From: Candidatus Levyibacteriota bacterium
GTDB lineage: Bacteria; Patescibacteriota; Microgenomatia; Levybacterales; GWA1-39-11
Assembly (NCBI GenBank): GCA_050255815.1
Contig: JBLMVJ010000035.1
Coordinates: forward strand, 10,727 to 74,726
DNA: 64,000 nt
Reading direction: 5' to 3'
Shown one piece after another: positions 40,140 to 48,626 of the stretch. The position numbers and the translations under genes were made by a program. The number at the start of each line of letters is the position of its first letter. Within the stretch, counting starts at the first letter, position 1. The notes below the pieces were generated by a model that searched no databases, had not been told where the DNA came from, and saw nothing but the letters and a program-made list of their open reading frames with translations.

Positions 40140-41138
40140 TTAGAAAACAAGCGCCAGTAACCGGTAGGCTATGAATGCTAGCCCGGCACATATGGGAATG
40201 GTAAATATCCACGCCCTCACTATACTTCCGGCCACGTTCCAACGGACGGCTGAAGCACGCTTGCTTGCCCCTACTCCTAAAATAGTGGAAGAAATAACGT
40301 GTGTAGTAGACAGGGGAAACCCAAACCGGGAGGCTACTTCTATGATAACCCCTGCAGACGTTTCTGCCCCAAAACCATAGACCGGAGTAAGTCTTACCAG
40401 TTTAGAACCCATGGTGTTGATAATCCGCCACCCTCCTCCGGCAGTCCCTAAAGCCATGGCAATGGCTGACATGATAATAACCCAGAGCGGCACCCTAAAC
40501 GGTTCGGCAGGAATCAAATGGGAAGAAATAAGAGATAAGGTAATAATACCCATGGTCTTTTGGGCATCATTGCTGCCATGGGAAAAGGCCATAAATGCTG
40601 AGGACAGGATTTGTGCCCGCCGGAAAAATCCGTTCACTAACCCCAGCCTTACATTAGCAAATAAAACAAAGATGATTTTCATAAAAATGAATCCGGCAAA
40701 TAGTCCCGCCACCGGAGAAGCCAGGAATGGCACCACTACTTTTTGAAGGAGAGCCTGCCATTGGACCTGGTTCACTCCCGCAAATGCAATGCCCGCCCCC
40801 ACCAACCCTCCTATTAAGGCATGTGAGGAACTGGAAGGAATACCTTTCCGCCACGTAATTAAATTCCAAATGATTGCCGCGATAAGCGCTGCAATAATTA
40901 CCTGCTCGGGTACGTTTGTCCCTACAATCCCACTCCCAATAGTTTTAGCAACCGCTGTTCCGGAAATAGCCCCTAAGAAATTGAGCCCGGCTGCCATAAT
41001 TATGGCCCAAAAGGGAGATAAAACCCTGGTTGAGACTACTGTTGCTATAGCATTTGCCGTATCATGGAAGCCGTTTATAAAGTCAAAAATAACTGATAAA
41101 AGCAGTATTATGATGAGGATGAGGTGTAGGTCACTCAT
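40140..41138 (-). CDS. pit: Inorganic phosphate transporter, PiT family
   Basis: N-terminal FDFINGFHDTANAIATVVST and a repeated GSND motif in the second half (FSHGSNDAQK). Confidence 0.9.
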   Translation of the reverse strand: MSDLHLILIIILLLSVIFDFINGFHDTANAIATVVSTRVLSPFWAIIMAAGLNFLGAISGTAVAKTIGSGIVGTNVPEQVIIAALIAAIIWNLITWRKGIPSSSSHALIGGLVGAGIAFAGVNQVQWQALLQKVVVPFLASPVAGLFAGFIFMKIIFVLFANVRLGLVNGFFRRAQILSSAFMAFSHGSNDAQKTMGIITLSLISSHLIPAEPFRVPLWVIIMSAIAMALGTAGGGWRIINTMGSKLVRLTPVYGFGAETSAGVIIEVASRFGFPLSTTHVISSTILGVGASKRASAVRWNVAGSIVRAWIFTIPICAGLAFIAYRLLALVF

Positions 41139-41760
41139 ACTTAGTTATGAGGCTGGAGAGAATATCTGCAATATCCTCTAAAGAATCCGTTGCTTGCTCC
41201 ATGGTTTCGTAGATGTCTTTCAGGATGATTATTTTTTTTATGTCCCGGCTCTTAAAAAGCGACCGAAGTCCTTCTTTTAAGAGGACGTCTGCTTCATTTT
41301 CTTTATTATTAATTTCTACCACCAATTTGTGTACTTTAGAGAAATTCTTGCGTGAGCGAATAAGCGGCAAAGCTTTTGAAACAAGTTGGCTGGCCTCTAA
41401 AATAATTTGGGCAAAATGAATGATAGTTTCATCTTTTTTCTTAAGGGGATATACTTCCAGCCTGTTTCCTGAAAGATGAATCAGATCAATGACATCATCC
41501 AGTGCCCGGGTGAGGAACATGATATCTTCCCTATCCATGGGAGGCACAAAGGCTTTGCTGACTTCTTCATAGAGCTGGTGTGCTATTTCATCCCCTGCCT
41601 GCTCCAGATTATGAATTTTCTTGGCAATTTTTGCTGAATTCCGGGGATTTTTTGCAAGAGAAAGAAGTTCCAAAGCAGCTTTCACATTGTTCTCTGCTGC
41701 TTCCTCAAATGATTGATAAAAAATACCTGATCTGGTTTGGAAAACCGATAATAATTTCAC
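41131..41760 (-). CDS. DUF47 (PhoU-like) protein associated with the PiT transporter
   Basis: 209 aa. Typical DUF47 start (KAALELLSLAKNP...) and 8-nt overlap with pit. A classical pit partner. Confidence 0.75.
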   Translation of the reverse strand: MKLLSVFQTRSGIFYQSFEEAAENNVKAALELLSLAKNPRNSAKIAKKIHNLEQAGDEIAHQLYEEVSKAFVPPMDREDIMFLTRALDDVIDLIHLSGNRLEVYPLKKKDETIIHFAQIILEASQLVSKALPLIRSRKNFSKVHKLVVEINNKENEADVLLKEGLRSLFKSRDIKKIIILKDIYETMEQATDSLEDIADILSSLITKYE

Positions 41761-41853
41761 TGAATATACTTAAAGATCCTACAATATTATACTATCCGGG
41801 GCAAGGGGAGAAATTTATTGGGTAGCTTTGAAAAGAGTTGATGCAACAGGAAT

Positions 41854-42789
41854 TTATGCTTTTTGCATGGTGAGCCAGCGCTCTATATCTAGTGCTGCCA
41901 TGCAGCCAAATCCTGCGGCAGTTACTGCCTGGCGGTACCTATCATCCTGGACATCCCCGGAAACAAAAACACCTTCTATATTAGTCCTCACCCGTTCTTT
42001 TGCGCTTACATACCCGCTTTGCGTCAAATCTACCCCTTTAAAGATAGATGAATTTGGCGTATGGCCAATAGCCACAAATATACCGTCTATAGGCATTTCT
42101 GTTACTTCCTGGGAGACGGTATTCTGGATTTTAACCTTCTCTACTTTGTTCCCCCCCAGTACTTCAACAATTTGAGAGTTAAGCATAACTTTAATTTTTG
42201 GGTTATTTTTTACTTTATCCTGCATAATCTGGGATGCCCTAAAGCTGTCCCTTCTATGGAGCAAGGTAACTTCTGCAAAATTGGTGAGGAAGTTTGCTTC
42301 CTCCATAGCAGAATCCCCTCCGCCTACAACTATGATCTTTTTTCCCCTAAAAAATGCCCCGTCACAGGTTGCACAGTATGAAATACCGCGCCCGGTCAGC
42401 TCTTTTTCACCCGGTACGCCCAGTGTTTTTGAATTCTCACCGGTAGCCAGGAGAAGGGCTTTGCCTTTATAGGTCTTCCCGTCCGCTGTTATAGAAAACG
42501 GAGAGGATGCCCCTGTCAAATCTGTAGGATCAGCATCCGCATTCACGAACGTTACTCCAAAACGCTCTGCCTGGCTTCTCATTTCCATCATAAGCTGGGG
42601 TCCCTGTATTCCTTTGGGAAAGCCCGGGAAGTTTTCAACCTCCGTAGTAAGCATGAGCTGGCCACCCCAAGTCTTCCCTGCAATGATAAGAGTTTTAAGT
42701 CCGGCTCTGGAGGTATAAATTCCTGCAGTGAGGCCGGAAGGACCGGATCCTATGATGATTACATCAAAAATGGGTAATTCAGAATTCAT
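41854..42789 (-). CDS. trxB: Thioredoxin-disulfide reductase
   Basis: FAD site IIGSGPSGLTAG, redox-active CATCDG, NADPH site VVGGGDSAMEEA. Confidence 0.9.
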   Translation of the reverse strand: MNSELPIFDVIIIGSGPSGLTAGIYTSRAGLKTLIIAGKTWGGQLMLTTEVENFPGFPKGIQGPQLMMEMRSQAERFGVTFVNADADPTDLTGASSPFSITADGKTYKGKALLLATGENSKTLGVPGEKELTGRGISYCATCDGAFFRGKKIIVVGGGDSAMEEANFLTNFAEVTLLHRRDSFRASQIMQDKVKNNPKIKVMLNSQIVEVLGGNKVEKVKIQNTVSQEVTEMPIDGIFVAIGHTPNSSIFKGVDLTQSGYVSAKERVRTNIEGVFVSGDVQDDRYRQAVTAAGFGCMAALDIERWLTMQKA

Positions 42790-42840
42790 AATTCAGAGTT
42801 AATAATTAAATTTAGAGTTTAGAATTTTATATTCTAAATT
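42785..42840. repeat. AT-rich GAATTC/TAGAATT repeat tract between trxA and trxB
   Basis: CAGAATTCATAATTCAGAGTTAATAATTAAATTTAGAGTTTAGAATTTTATATTCTAAATTC. Related to the tract at 21440-21510. Confidence 0.55.
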
Positions 42841-42841
42841 C

Positions 42842-43168
42842 TTACGAGGAGAGGGCTTCGTCCAGTGCTTTCTTAAATACGTCTTTTGGCTGGACTCCCA
42901 CGGTAGTTGCTACCGGCTTTCCCTTCTGGAAAATAATAACCGTGGGGATAGACATGATCCCAAAACTGGAAGGGGTTTTTACGTTCTCATCTACGTTCAT
43001 CTTCCCTACCTTTACCTTCCCCTCATACTCTTTCTCCAATTCTTCAATAATAGGAGTGAGCATATGGCAGGGAGTGCACCACTCTGCCCAAAAATCCACC
43101 ACAAAAGGAACGTCTGACTTTAAAACGTCTTGCTCAAATGTATCATCAGAAAGTTTTACAACTGACAT
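42842..43168 (-). CDS. trxA: Thioredoxin with a variant WCTPC active site
   Basis: 108 aa. FWAEWCTPCHMLTP; the canonical motif is WCGPC. Confidence 0.85.
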   Translation of the reverse strand: MSVVKLSDDTFEQDVLKSDVPFVVDFWAEWCTPCHMLTPIIEELEKEYEGKVKVGKMNVDENVKTPSSFGIMSIPTVIIFQKGKPVATTVGVQPKDVFKKALDEALSS

Positions 43169-43305
43169 ATTTGTATACCGGGAATCCTTAAAAGAAGAAT
43201 GCAGAACTAACGGTACGGAAACCAGTATAATCTCCCGACCGGCTTAAAGTCAAGAAAGAGTTTTCACAGCCTCGGAATTTGAAAATAGACCCCTAAAAGC
43301 ATATA

Positions 43306-44736
43306 ATGAGTGTCCCAGAGAGATTATTATTATTAGGGGAGGGTTGCTTTATGAAAGTAAGTTCTGCCCGAGAGGACATATTTATTGTTTTTTTGTCCTT
43401 CTGGAGCACAATTTTATTAACGCGTTATCTAACGTTTGAATTTATTAAGGTGTTCCACCAGTATCCTGTCCTGTACCTTTCAGGTGTGCCTATCCATCAC
43501 TTTTTAGTTGGCCTCATTCTAGTTTCTTTTGTCCTGGTAGTACGCATATTCAGGAATAGTTTTTCCCTGATTAATTTGATTCTCTTAGGCATGGGGTTGG
43601 GCTTTATTACTGATGAATTCTGGCTCATAACCACCGGGGATTTCACTACAAATAATATCTACTGGGCAGGGGAAAATCTCACGGCTATCGTTGTTTTGGG
43701 CCTCCTCTCTTTTTTGTTTGTGAAGTTTCTGGAAAGGCGGTCCAGTATGAAGCTGGATAAAGGAAACCGTCCGCTGCATGTAAACCCAAAAAATCCGCTG
43801 GTCTCCGTGGTTATCCCCGCTTTAAATGAAGAGAAGTTCCTGGAAAATAACCTATATAGCATCATCCAGCAAAAATTTAAGGATTTTGAGCTGATTGTAG
43901 TAGACAACAATTCTACTGACAGGACTGCTGAAATAGCCCGGTCTTTTGGTGCAAAAGTCATTTTCAACGCAGTAAAAGGCGTGGGCGCAGCGCGCCAGGC
44001 CGGATTCATGGCGGCAAAAGGCAAAATTATAGCTACCACAGACGCTGACAATATTTTACCCAGGGATTGGTTGGAAACCATAGTGAAACGGTTTGAAAAA
44101 GACCCTGAACTGGTAGCTTTTGGGGGCCTTTTCCGCCTCTACTCCGGACCGCTTTCAGCACGTATTGCCGTAAAGTACCTTTCCTATCATATGTTCAAGC
44201 TGGATAAGCTGTTTGCGCATAACTGGAGTTTAATTGCCCAGAACATGGCGGTGAAGAAAAGCGCATTCCTGAAAGTAGGTGGCTTTAAGCATGTCCAAAT
44301 GGGAGAAGACGCGGACCTGGCACAACGGCTGGGCAATATTGGAAAGGTTGAACTGGACCCCAACTTTTTAGTATATGCATCCGGAAGGCGCGTGCGGCAC
44401 GGCCTGTGGTATGGCATCTGGTCTTATGGCCCCAATGCGTTTAGCCGAATGTTTTTTAAAAAGCATAAATTTGACCGCCTACCCACGGTGAGGAAAGAAA
44501 AATCTATCATCAACAACTTCTCTTTTATTCCGCTTTTAGCTTCAGTTATTTACCTTATTATCCTGTTTACCTCTATGAATGCGTCTTTAAACCATGCAAA
44601 ACAGGATTTGTTGCATAAAACGTCTATCAGCATCTCTAAGATGAAGCTTAAAAAGATTGCGTCAGAACTGGGCCCAACCCTCCCCTGGAGTGAACTGATT
44701 AAGAAAACTCGCGACCTCCACTTCCTGGAGAATTAG
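43306..44736 (+). CDS. Membrane-embedded glycosyltransferase family 2 (N- and C-terminal TM segments flanking a GT-A domain)
   Basis: VSVVIPALNEEKFLENNLYSIIQQKFKDFELIVVDNNSTDRTAEIA, DxD (TTDADN), and TM helices at both ends. Confidence 0.75.
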   Translation: MSVPERLLLLGEGCFMKVSSAREDIFIVFLSFWSTILLTRYLTFEFIKVFHQYPVLYLSGVPIHHFLVGLILVSFVLVVRIFRNSFSLINLILLGMGLGFITDEFWLITTGDFTTNNIYWAGENLTAIVVLGLLSFLFVKFLERRSSMKLDKGNRPLHVNPKNPLVSVVIPALNEEKFLENNLYSIIQQKFKDFELIVVDNNSTDRTAEIARSFGAKVIFNAVKGVGAARQAGFMAAKGKIIATTDADNILPRDWLETIVKRFEKDPELVAFGGLFRLYSGPLSARIAVKYLSYHMFKLDKLFAHNWSLIAQNMAVKKSAFLKVGGFKHVQMGEDADLAQRLGNIGKVELDPNFLVYASGRRVRHGLWYGIWSYGPNAFSRMFFKKHKFDRLPTVRKEKSIINNFSFIPLLASVIYLIILFTSMNASLNHAKQDLLHKTSISISKMKLKKIASELGPTLPWSELIKKTRDLHFLEN

Positions 44737-44779
44737 GTGCTATTCTCTTCAACTCTGCGAAATCATATAAACAACTTCC

Positions 44780-44834
44780 TTAATTTCATCACTTGGAATA
44801 TAAAACCATGGAGGAATGAATGAGTGAGCGCCCG
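44780..44834 (+). repeat. Conserved intergenic element, copy B (TTAATTTCATCACTTGGAATATAAAACCATGGAGGAATGAATGAGTGAGCGCCCG)
   Basis: About 85-90% identical to copy A at 5578-5626. Confidence 0.6.
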
Positions 44835-44842
44835 AAAAAAAT

Positions 44843-44884
44843 CACAGACCCGCACGTGCGATTGGGTCTGTGACTTCTTATTTT
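44843..44884 (+). terminator. Intrinsic terminator: hairpin CACAGACCC-N12-GGGTCTGTG followed by ACTTCTTATTTT
   Basis: 9-bp perfect stem read directly, followed by a T-rich tract, downstream of the GT2 gene. Confidence 0.55.
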
Positions 44885-44923
44885 AGGCGCGCAGTTCCGA
44901 TTTATCGGAACGAGCACCGCAAA
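44883..44923. repeat. Second copy of the TTAGGCGCGCAGT-hairpin(GTTCCGATTTATCGGAAC)-CGAGCACCGCAAAG motif
   Basis: Flanks identical to 33485-33523. The internal hairpin belongs to the CCGAT..ATCGG family. Confidence 0.6.
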
Positions 44924-44951
44924 GCTTAATACATTTTGAATATAATCAAAA

Positions 44952-45596
44952 TTAAGCTTTATAATACCGTTTGATTTGGAATAATAGGTAAAAACCTACT
45001 AAATCAAACACAACTCCGGAGATAGAAATAGCAAGAACAGATGAAACAAGTGTTACTACTTCTGACCAGAACATCATGTTCCACCCATTCATCTTGCCGC
45101 TTTTAAGTCCGGGGAAGGCTGCAAGCATTAATCCTGAAGAAGCAATTAACAAAACTGCTGCTAATATGCCGCTTCCGGCTGCTCTTACGCCTCCTACTCC
45201 TCCTAAGGCAGCAAGCGGAGAAAGTGTTGCCATGATTCCCAAACCTGCAATTCCTGCAAGCAATCCTAATATTCCAAAGATTAAAGCAACCCATGGAGCA
45301 AGTTTAACTAATACTTCCTGGAAGTTTTTAGGCAGGGAAGGAACTGCGGAATACCACTTCTCTACTGTCTCTATGATTGAATCAGTTGATGATTTTGCCA
45401 TATATACAAAGTCACCTCCTTTAGAAGCTCTTGCTTGTTGAGAAGCAAAAAGCTTAGAGATTCTTAAGCCCCTCGGAAAACGCTCCGTGAGGCGTGAACG
45501 AATAGTTCTGAAAAGCCGAACGGTAAGTTCAGTGGGGCTAAACAGACTATCTATAATTATTGTGTATGAAAATTTCCTTTGATGCAAGAGGACCAA
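44952..45596 (-). CDS. Hypothetical integral membrane protein (4 TM helices)
   Basis: 214 aa with hydrophobic segments rich in Gly/Ala. No motif recognised. Confidence 0.55.
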   Translation of the reverse strand: MVLLHQRKFSYTIIIDSLFSPTELTVRLFRTIRSRLTERFPRGLRISKLFASQQARASKGGDFVYMAKSSTDSIIETVEKWYSAVPSLPKNFQEVLVKLAPWVALIFGILGLLAGIAGLGIMATLSPLAALGGVGGVRAAGSGILAAVLLIASSGLMLAAFPGLKSGKMNGWNMMFWSEVVTLVSSVLAISISGVVFDLVGFYLLFQIKRYYKA

Positions 45597-45613
45597 TACT
45601 ATATGATAGGATG

Positions 45614-47032
45614 CTAGAGCTCCAGACCCATCTGCGGGCTTGTCTTCTTCTTATCTATATGCAATATTCCATCTTCTGCATTCCATATTGCTACTTTTCC
45701 GTATTCTCCGTCAAATCCCGGGATTATTGAAATATTCCTGGACCTTACCTTCTCTACTCCTTCCGCTACGTCATTTCCCACCAGTTTTCTTATTTCATCA
45801 AGAGAGGTCCTTAAAAGGATTTCATGTTCTGTGCTAAACTTCTGCACTAAAGAGTCAAATACGGCCAAGACCTTTTGGGATGATGGCATGGAATGTATAG
45901 CCTCTGCAATGACCTCCAATAATGGGACCAGATTTACAGATGGAGGCCTGATTGCTTTAACGTCCTGTATCCATACCACCCCATTTCCGTCTTGTTTCAG
46001 GGTAAAATTCTGGGAAGGGTTTGAAGCCAGGTCCTCTACCCTATGCATTACTCCTACCGTTAAAGGCCTGCGGCATACCGGACATAATTTATCTTTTGGT
46101 GTTTCATCAGGTGAATAGGAGACTTTACAATTCCGGTGGCCGGTATAATGGTACTTACCCTCTTCAGGATAGAACTCTATGGTATAGCCCAGCTCAAACA
46201 CCTTTTCTTTTCCCCGTACCAGCCCATTCATGATGTTGCTATACGTAATATCCTCATCTTTAATTCTTGATTCCTGATTCTTGCTTCTTAACACTGTTGC
46301 TTCCCGGCCCATTTTCTCCAAAGAATGCGCATCAGAAAAAGAAACAATAGAGCGGGTGTCCAGTTCTTTAATCCGCCAATTCATAGATGGATCTGAAGAA
46401 AGCCCGGTCTCTATGGCAAAAATGTATTTAGCATACTCTCCAAAACAGTCTGTAATATGGTCATACCCTGATTTAGACCCATATAAAGAAAACCATGGTG
46501 TCCAGACATGGCATGGGATCAAAACTATACGGGGATTAATTTCAAAAAGCATTTCAGCCAGGTTTCTGGAACTGATCCCTAAAATTGGCCTACCATCAGA
46601 GGACAAGTTTATTCCCCGGCTTACCAGGCCTTTATTAACCTTCTCTGCCGTCTCAAAATCAGGAGACAGGATAAGGTTATGGATACGGTGGACTTTTCCG
46701 TTTTCTGAATAGATAGCTGCCACCTCTACTGAAAGCATAAAATAAGGACCTAAGAAAGGCTGGGGAGGCAATGCATTTGCAGGAATAAACCGGTCTTTTA
46801 ACTTGAATATACCCGGCTGGAATTCCTCAAGCTGGGAAAAGACTTCCTTAAACCAGACAGGATGGGTAAAGTCAGCCACTGAAAGGATATTAATCCCCTT
46901 CTTTCTGCCCCACAAATACATATTGGGGAGGTTCATGCGGGGAGAAACTGCACGTGAGAATCTGGAATGAAGATGTAGGTCTAAGACTAGTTCCATGCAC
47001 CTCATTAAAGCATGGAAAATTCTAAGATTCAA
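45614..47032 (-). CDS. PHP-domain protein, endonuclease Q-like (TIGR00375 family)
   Basis: N-terminal PHP motif DLHLHSRFSRA and ADFTHPVW resemble the archaeal EndoQ N-terminus. C-terminal Zn-finger-like CPVCRRPLTVGVMHRVEDL. Confidence 0.55.
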   Translation of the reverse strand: MNLRIFHALMRCMELVLDLHLHSRFSRAVSPRMNLPNMYLWGRKKGINILSVADFTHPVWFKEVFSQLEEFQPGIFKLKDRFIPANALPPQPFLGPYFMLSVEVAAIYSENGKVHRIHNLILSPDFETAEKVNKGLVSRGINLSSDGRPILGISSRNLAEMLFEINPRIVLIPCHVWTPWFSLYGSKSGYDHITDCFGEYAKYIFAIETGLSSDPSMNWRIKELDTRSIVSFSDAHSLEKMGREATVLRSKNQESRIKDEDITYSNIMNGLVRGKEKVFELGYTIEFYPEEGKYHYTGHRNCKVSYSPDETPKDKLCPVCRRPLTVGVMHRVEDLASNPSQNFTLKQDGNGVVWIQDVKAIRPPSVNLVPLLEVIAEAIHSMPSSQKVLAVFDSLVQKFSTEHEILLRTSLDEIRKLVGNDVAEGVEKVRSRNISIIPGFDGEYGKVAIWNAEDGILHIDKKKTSPQMGLEL

Positions 47033-47307
47033 TCTGCTATTTATGCTGCCGGTTGGAATGAGGGACGGATTTTGCGCGGTTTTCTTGGTCTTCCCGGCTG
47101 GGGAGGAACCTCTCCGGCTGTCGCTTTTAATACCGGCCTATTTACCGGCTGCAACACCCGTTCTATCCCCTGACCTTCTCTATGAAAGGGTTCAGGAAGA
47201 GGCGCAAAACTTCTGCGTTCAATAGAGTCTGCCATATGAAAAAGATAATACTGCGAAATTAAAAAGAATGCAAGCTGAGCTTGTAAGGATTTGGGGGGTA
47301 CTATATA

Positions 47308-47604
47308 ATGGGTTACATGCAAAAGGTAGGTACTATTTTAGATAAATTTAACCCCGTAGCTGATAAATATATCTCACGCGAGTTTCAATCTTTTGGTATC
47401 TACATGTCAGAAGAATTAAACGATTATAAGCACAAATCCCTCTATATAAAGTTGGCAAAAACTACCAATAGGGCACTTTTAGAGAAGGCGCTCTCCTTTG
47501 TTAAAGACGCAAAAACCACTACCCCTAATAAAGGCGCCCTGTTTATGTGGAAGCTAAAACAACTCCGGGATGCAGCTGAGGGGAAAGAAGAGAAAAGCAC
47601 GTAG
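47308..47604 (+). CDS. Small hypothetical protein (98 aa)
   Basis: Clean ORF directly upstream of the MGMT gene. No recognisable domain. Confidence 0.4.
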   Translation: MGYMQKVGTILDKFNPVADKYISREFQSFGIYMSEELNDYKHKSLYIKLAKTTNRALLEKALSFVKDAKTTTPNKGALFMWKLKQLRDAAEGKEEKST

Positions 47605-47630
47605 CACGTAGTTTCTAGCAAAAAAAGACT

Positions 47631-47924
47631 ATGAATTCTTCTTATGAAAAAGTTTACATGGCAACAAGGCAAATCCCAAAAGGGAAAGTTACTACCTATG
47701 GAGCCATAGGCAAGAAGCTTAATATGTCTCCCCGGGTAGTAGGACATGCGCTTCACGCCAATCCTTATGAAGGTGACGTTCCCTGCCACCGGGTGGTAAA
47801 CCGTGACGGACGAGTAGCGCCTAACTTTGCCTTTGGAGGGAAAGATATCCAAAAAAAACTACTTGAAGCGGAAGGAGTTATTTTTCAAGACCAACTTCAC
47901 GTGAAGCCGGAATTCATTATCTGA
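47631..47924 (+). CDS. ogt: Methylated-DNA-protein-cysteine methyltransferase, DNA-binding/active-site domain only (97 aa) with the active Cys retained
   Basis: TTYGAIGKKL...VPCHRVVNRDGRV: the PCHRV active-site motif and HTH of the MGMT C-terminal domain. The N-terminal domain is absent. Confidence 0.75.
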   Translation: MNSSYEKVYMATRQIPKGKVTTYGAIGKKLNMSPRVVGHALHANPYEGDVPCHRVVNRDGRVAPNFAFGGKDIQKKLLEAEGVIFQDQLHVKPEFII

Positions 47925-48485
47925 CTACCACGTCTGGCACGCAGCGTCTCCCATACAGACTTTCCATGATATGCTGTTTCTAGGCCCATACTGGTCAAAC
48001 ATGCTATCCTTTGGATTATTAAGGTACTGGGTTACCTCTACTCCGCAGGCAATAAGCGCATATTGGATTCCGTCAGACCGGTAAAGAAAAGCTTTCTTTG
48101 TCCCGTTCCCGGCAGGAGTAGGACAAGAAGTATCCCCACCGGTAGGGTCTGCCGGCAGCGCTTGTATGTACTTAGGGGCCAGGTTGGGTATCCATCCCCC
48201 TGCTCCACCATTATTACTAAACGTATCCCCTCCGTCAGAGGAATAATAAGCGTCACCTGTTGAAGGATAATTTCCGTTATCGTTGTAATATTGTTCCAGC
48301 GCTCCCTGCAGCTGCTTCAGGATGGTACGCCTCTGGGAATCCCGTGCTTTTGCAAATTGGGTAAGGGGGTTTAGAACAGAGAGGAGGACTACAGCAAGAA
48401 CTCCTAAAATTCCTATAACGGTAATCAGCTCAATGAGAGTGAATCCGGCACGAGTTTCTATAAGCTTTGGGGCAGAAAACCTCAT
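47925..48485 (-). CDS. Type IV pilin/pseudopilin with a prepilin-type N-terminal cleavage-methylation domain
   Basis: AGFTLIELITVIGILGVLAVVLL N-terminal motif (G|FTLIE). Confidence 0.8.
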   Translation of the reverse strand: MRFSAPKLIETRAGFTLIELITVIGILGVLAVVLLSVLNPLTQFAKARDSQRRTILKQLQGALEQYYNDNGNYPSTGDAYYSSDGGDTFSNNGGAGGWIPNLAPKYIQALPADPTGGDTSCPTPAGNGTKKAFLYRSDGIQYALIACGVEVTQYLNNPKDSMFDQYGPRNSISWKVCMGDAACQTW

Positions 48486-48626
48486 ATCTTAAGTTAACCA
48501 CAGGAAAATTGACTAGTCAATGAAAAGGAAATTAATAGATATTAATAGAAATTAAGAAATTGATTGTAATTGCACAATTAATTTCCATGAATTTCGCGAA
48601 GCAAGTTTCTATCAGTTTCTAAGGTG

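Noticed and set aside
47041-47322. 93-aa minus-strand ORF between the EndoQ-like gene and the 98-aa plus-strand ORF
   Set aside because: Pro/Arg-rich low-complexity C-terminus, no RBS, and it overlaps the start of the plus-strand ORF. The coding status is doubtful, so I did not list it as a feature.
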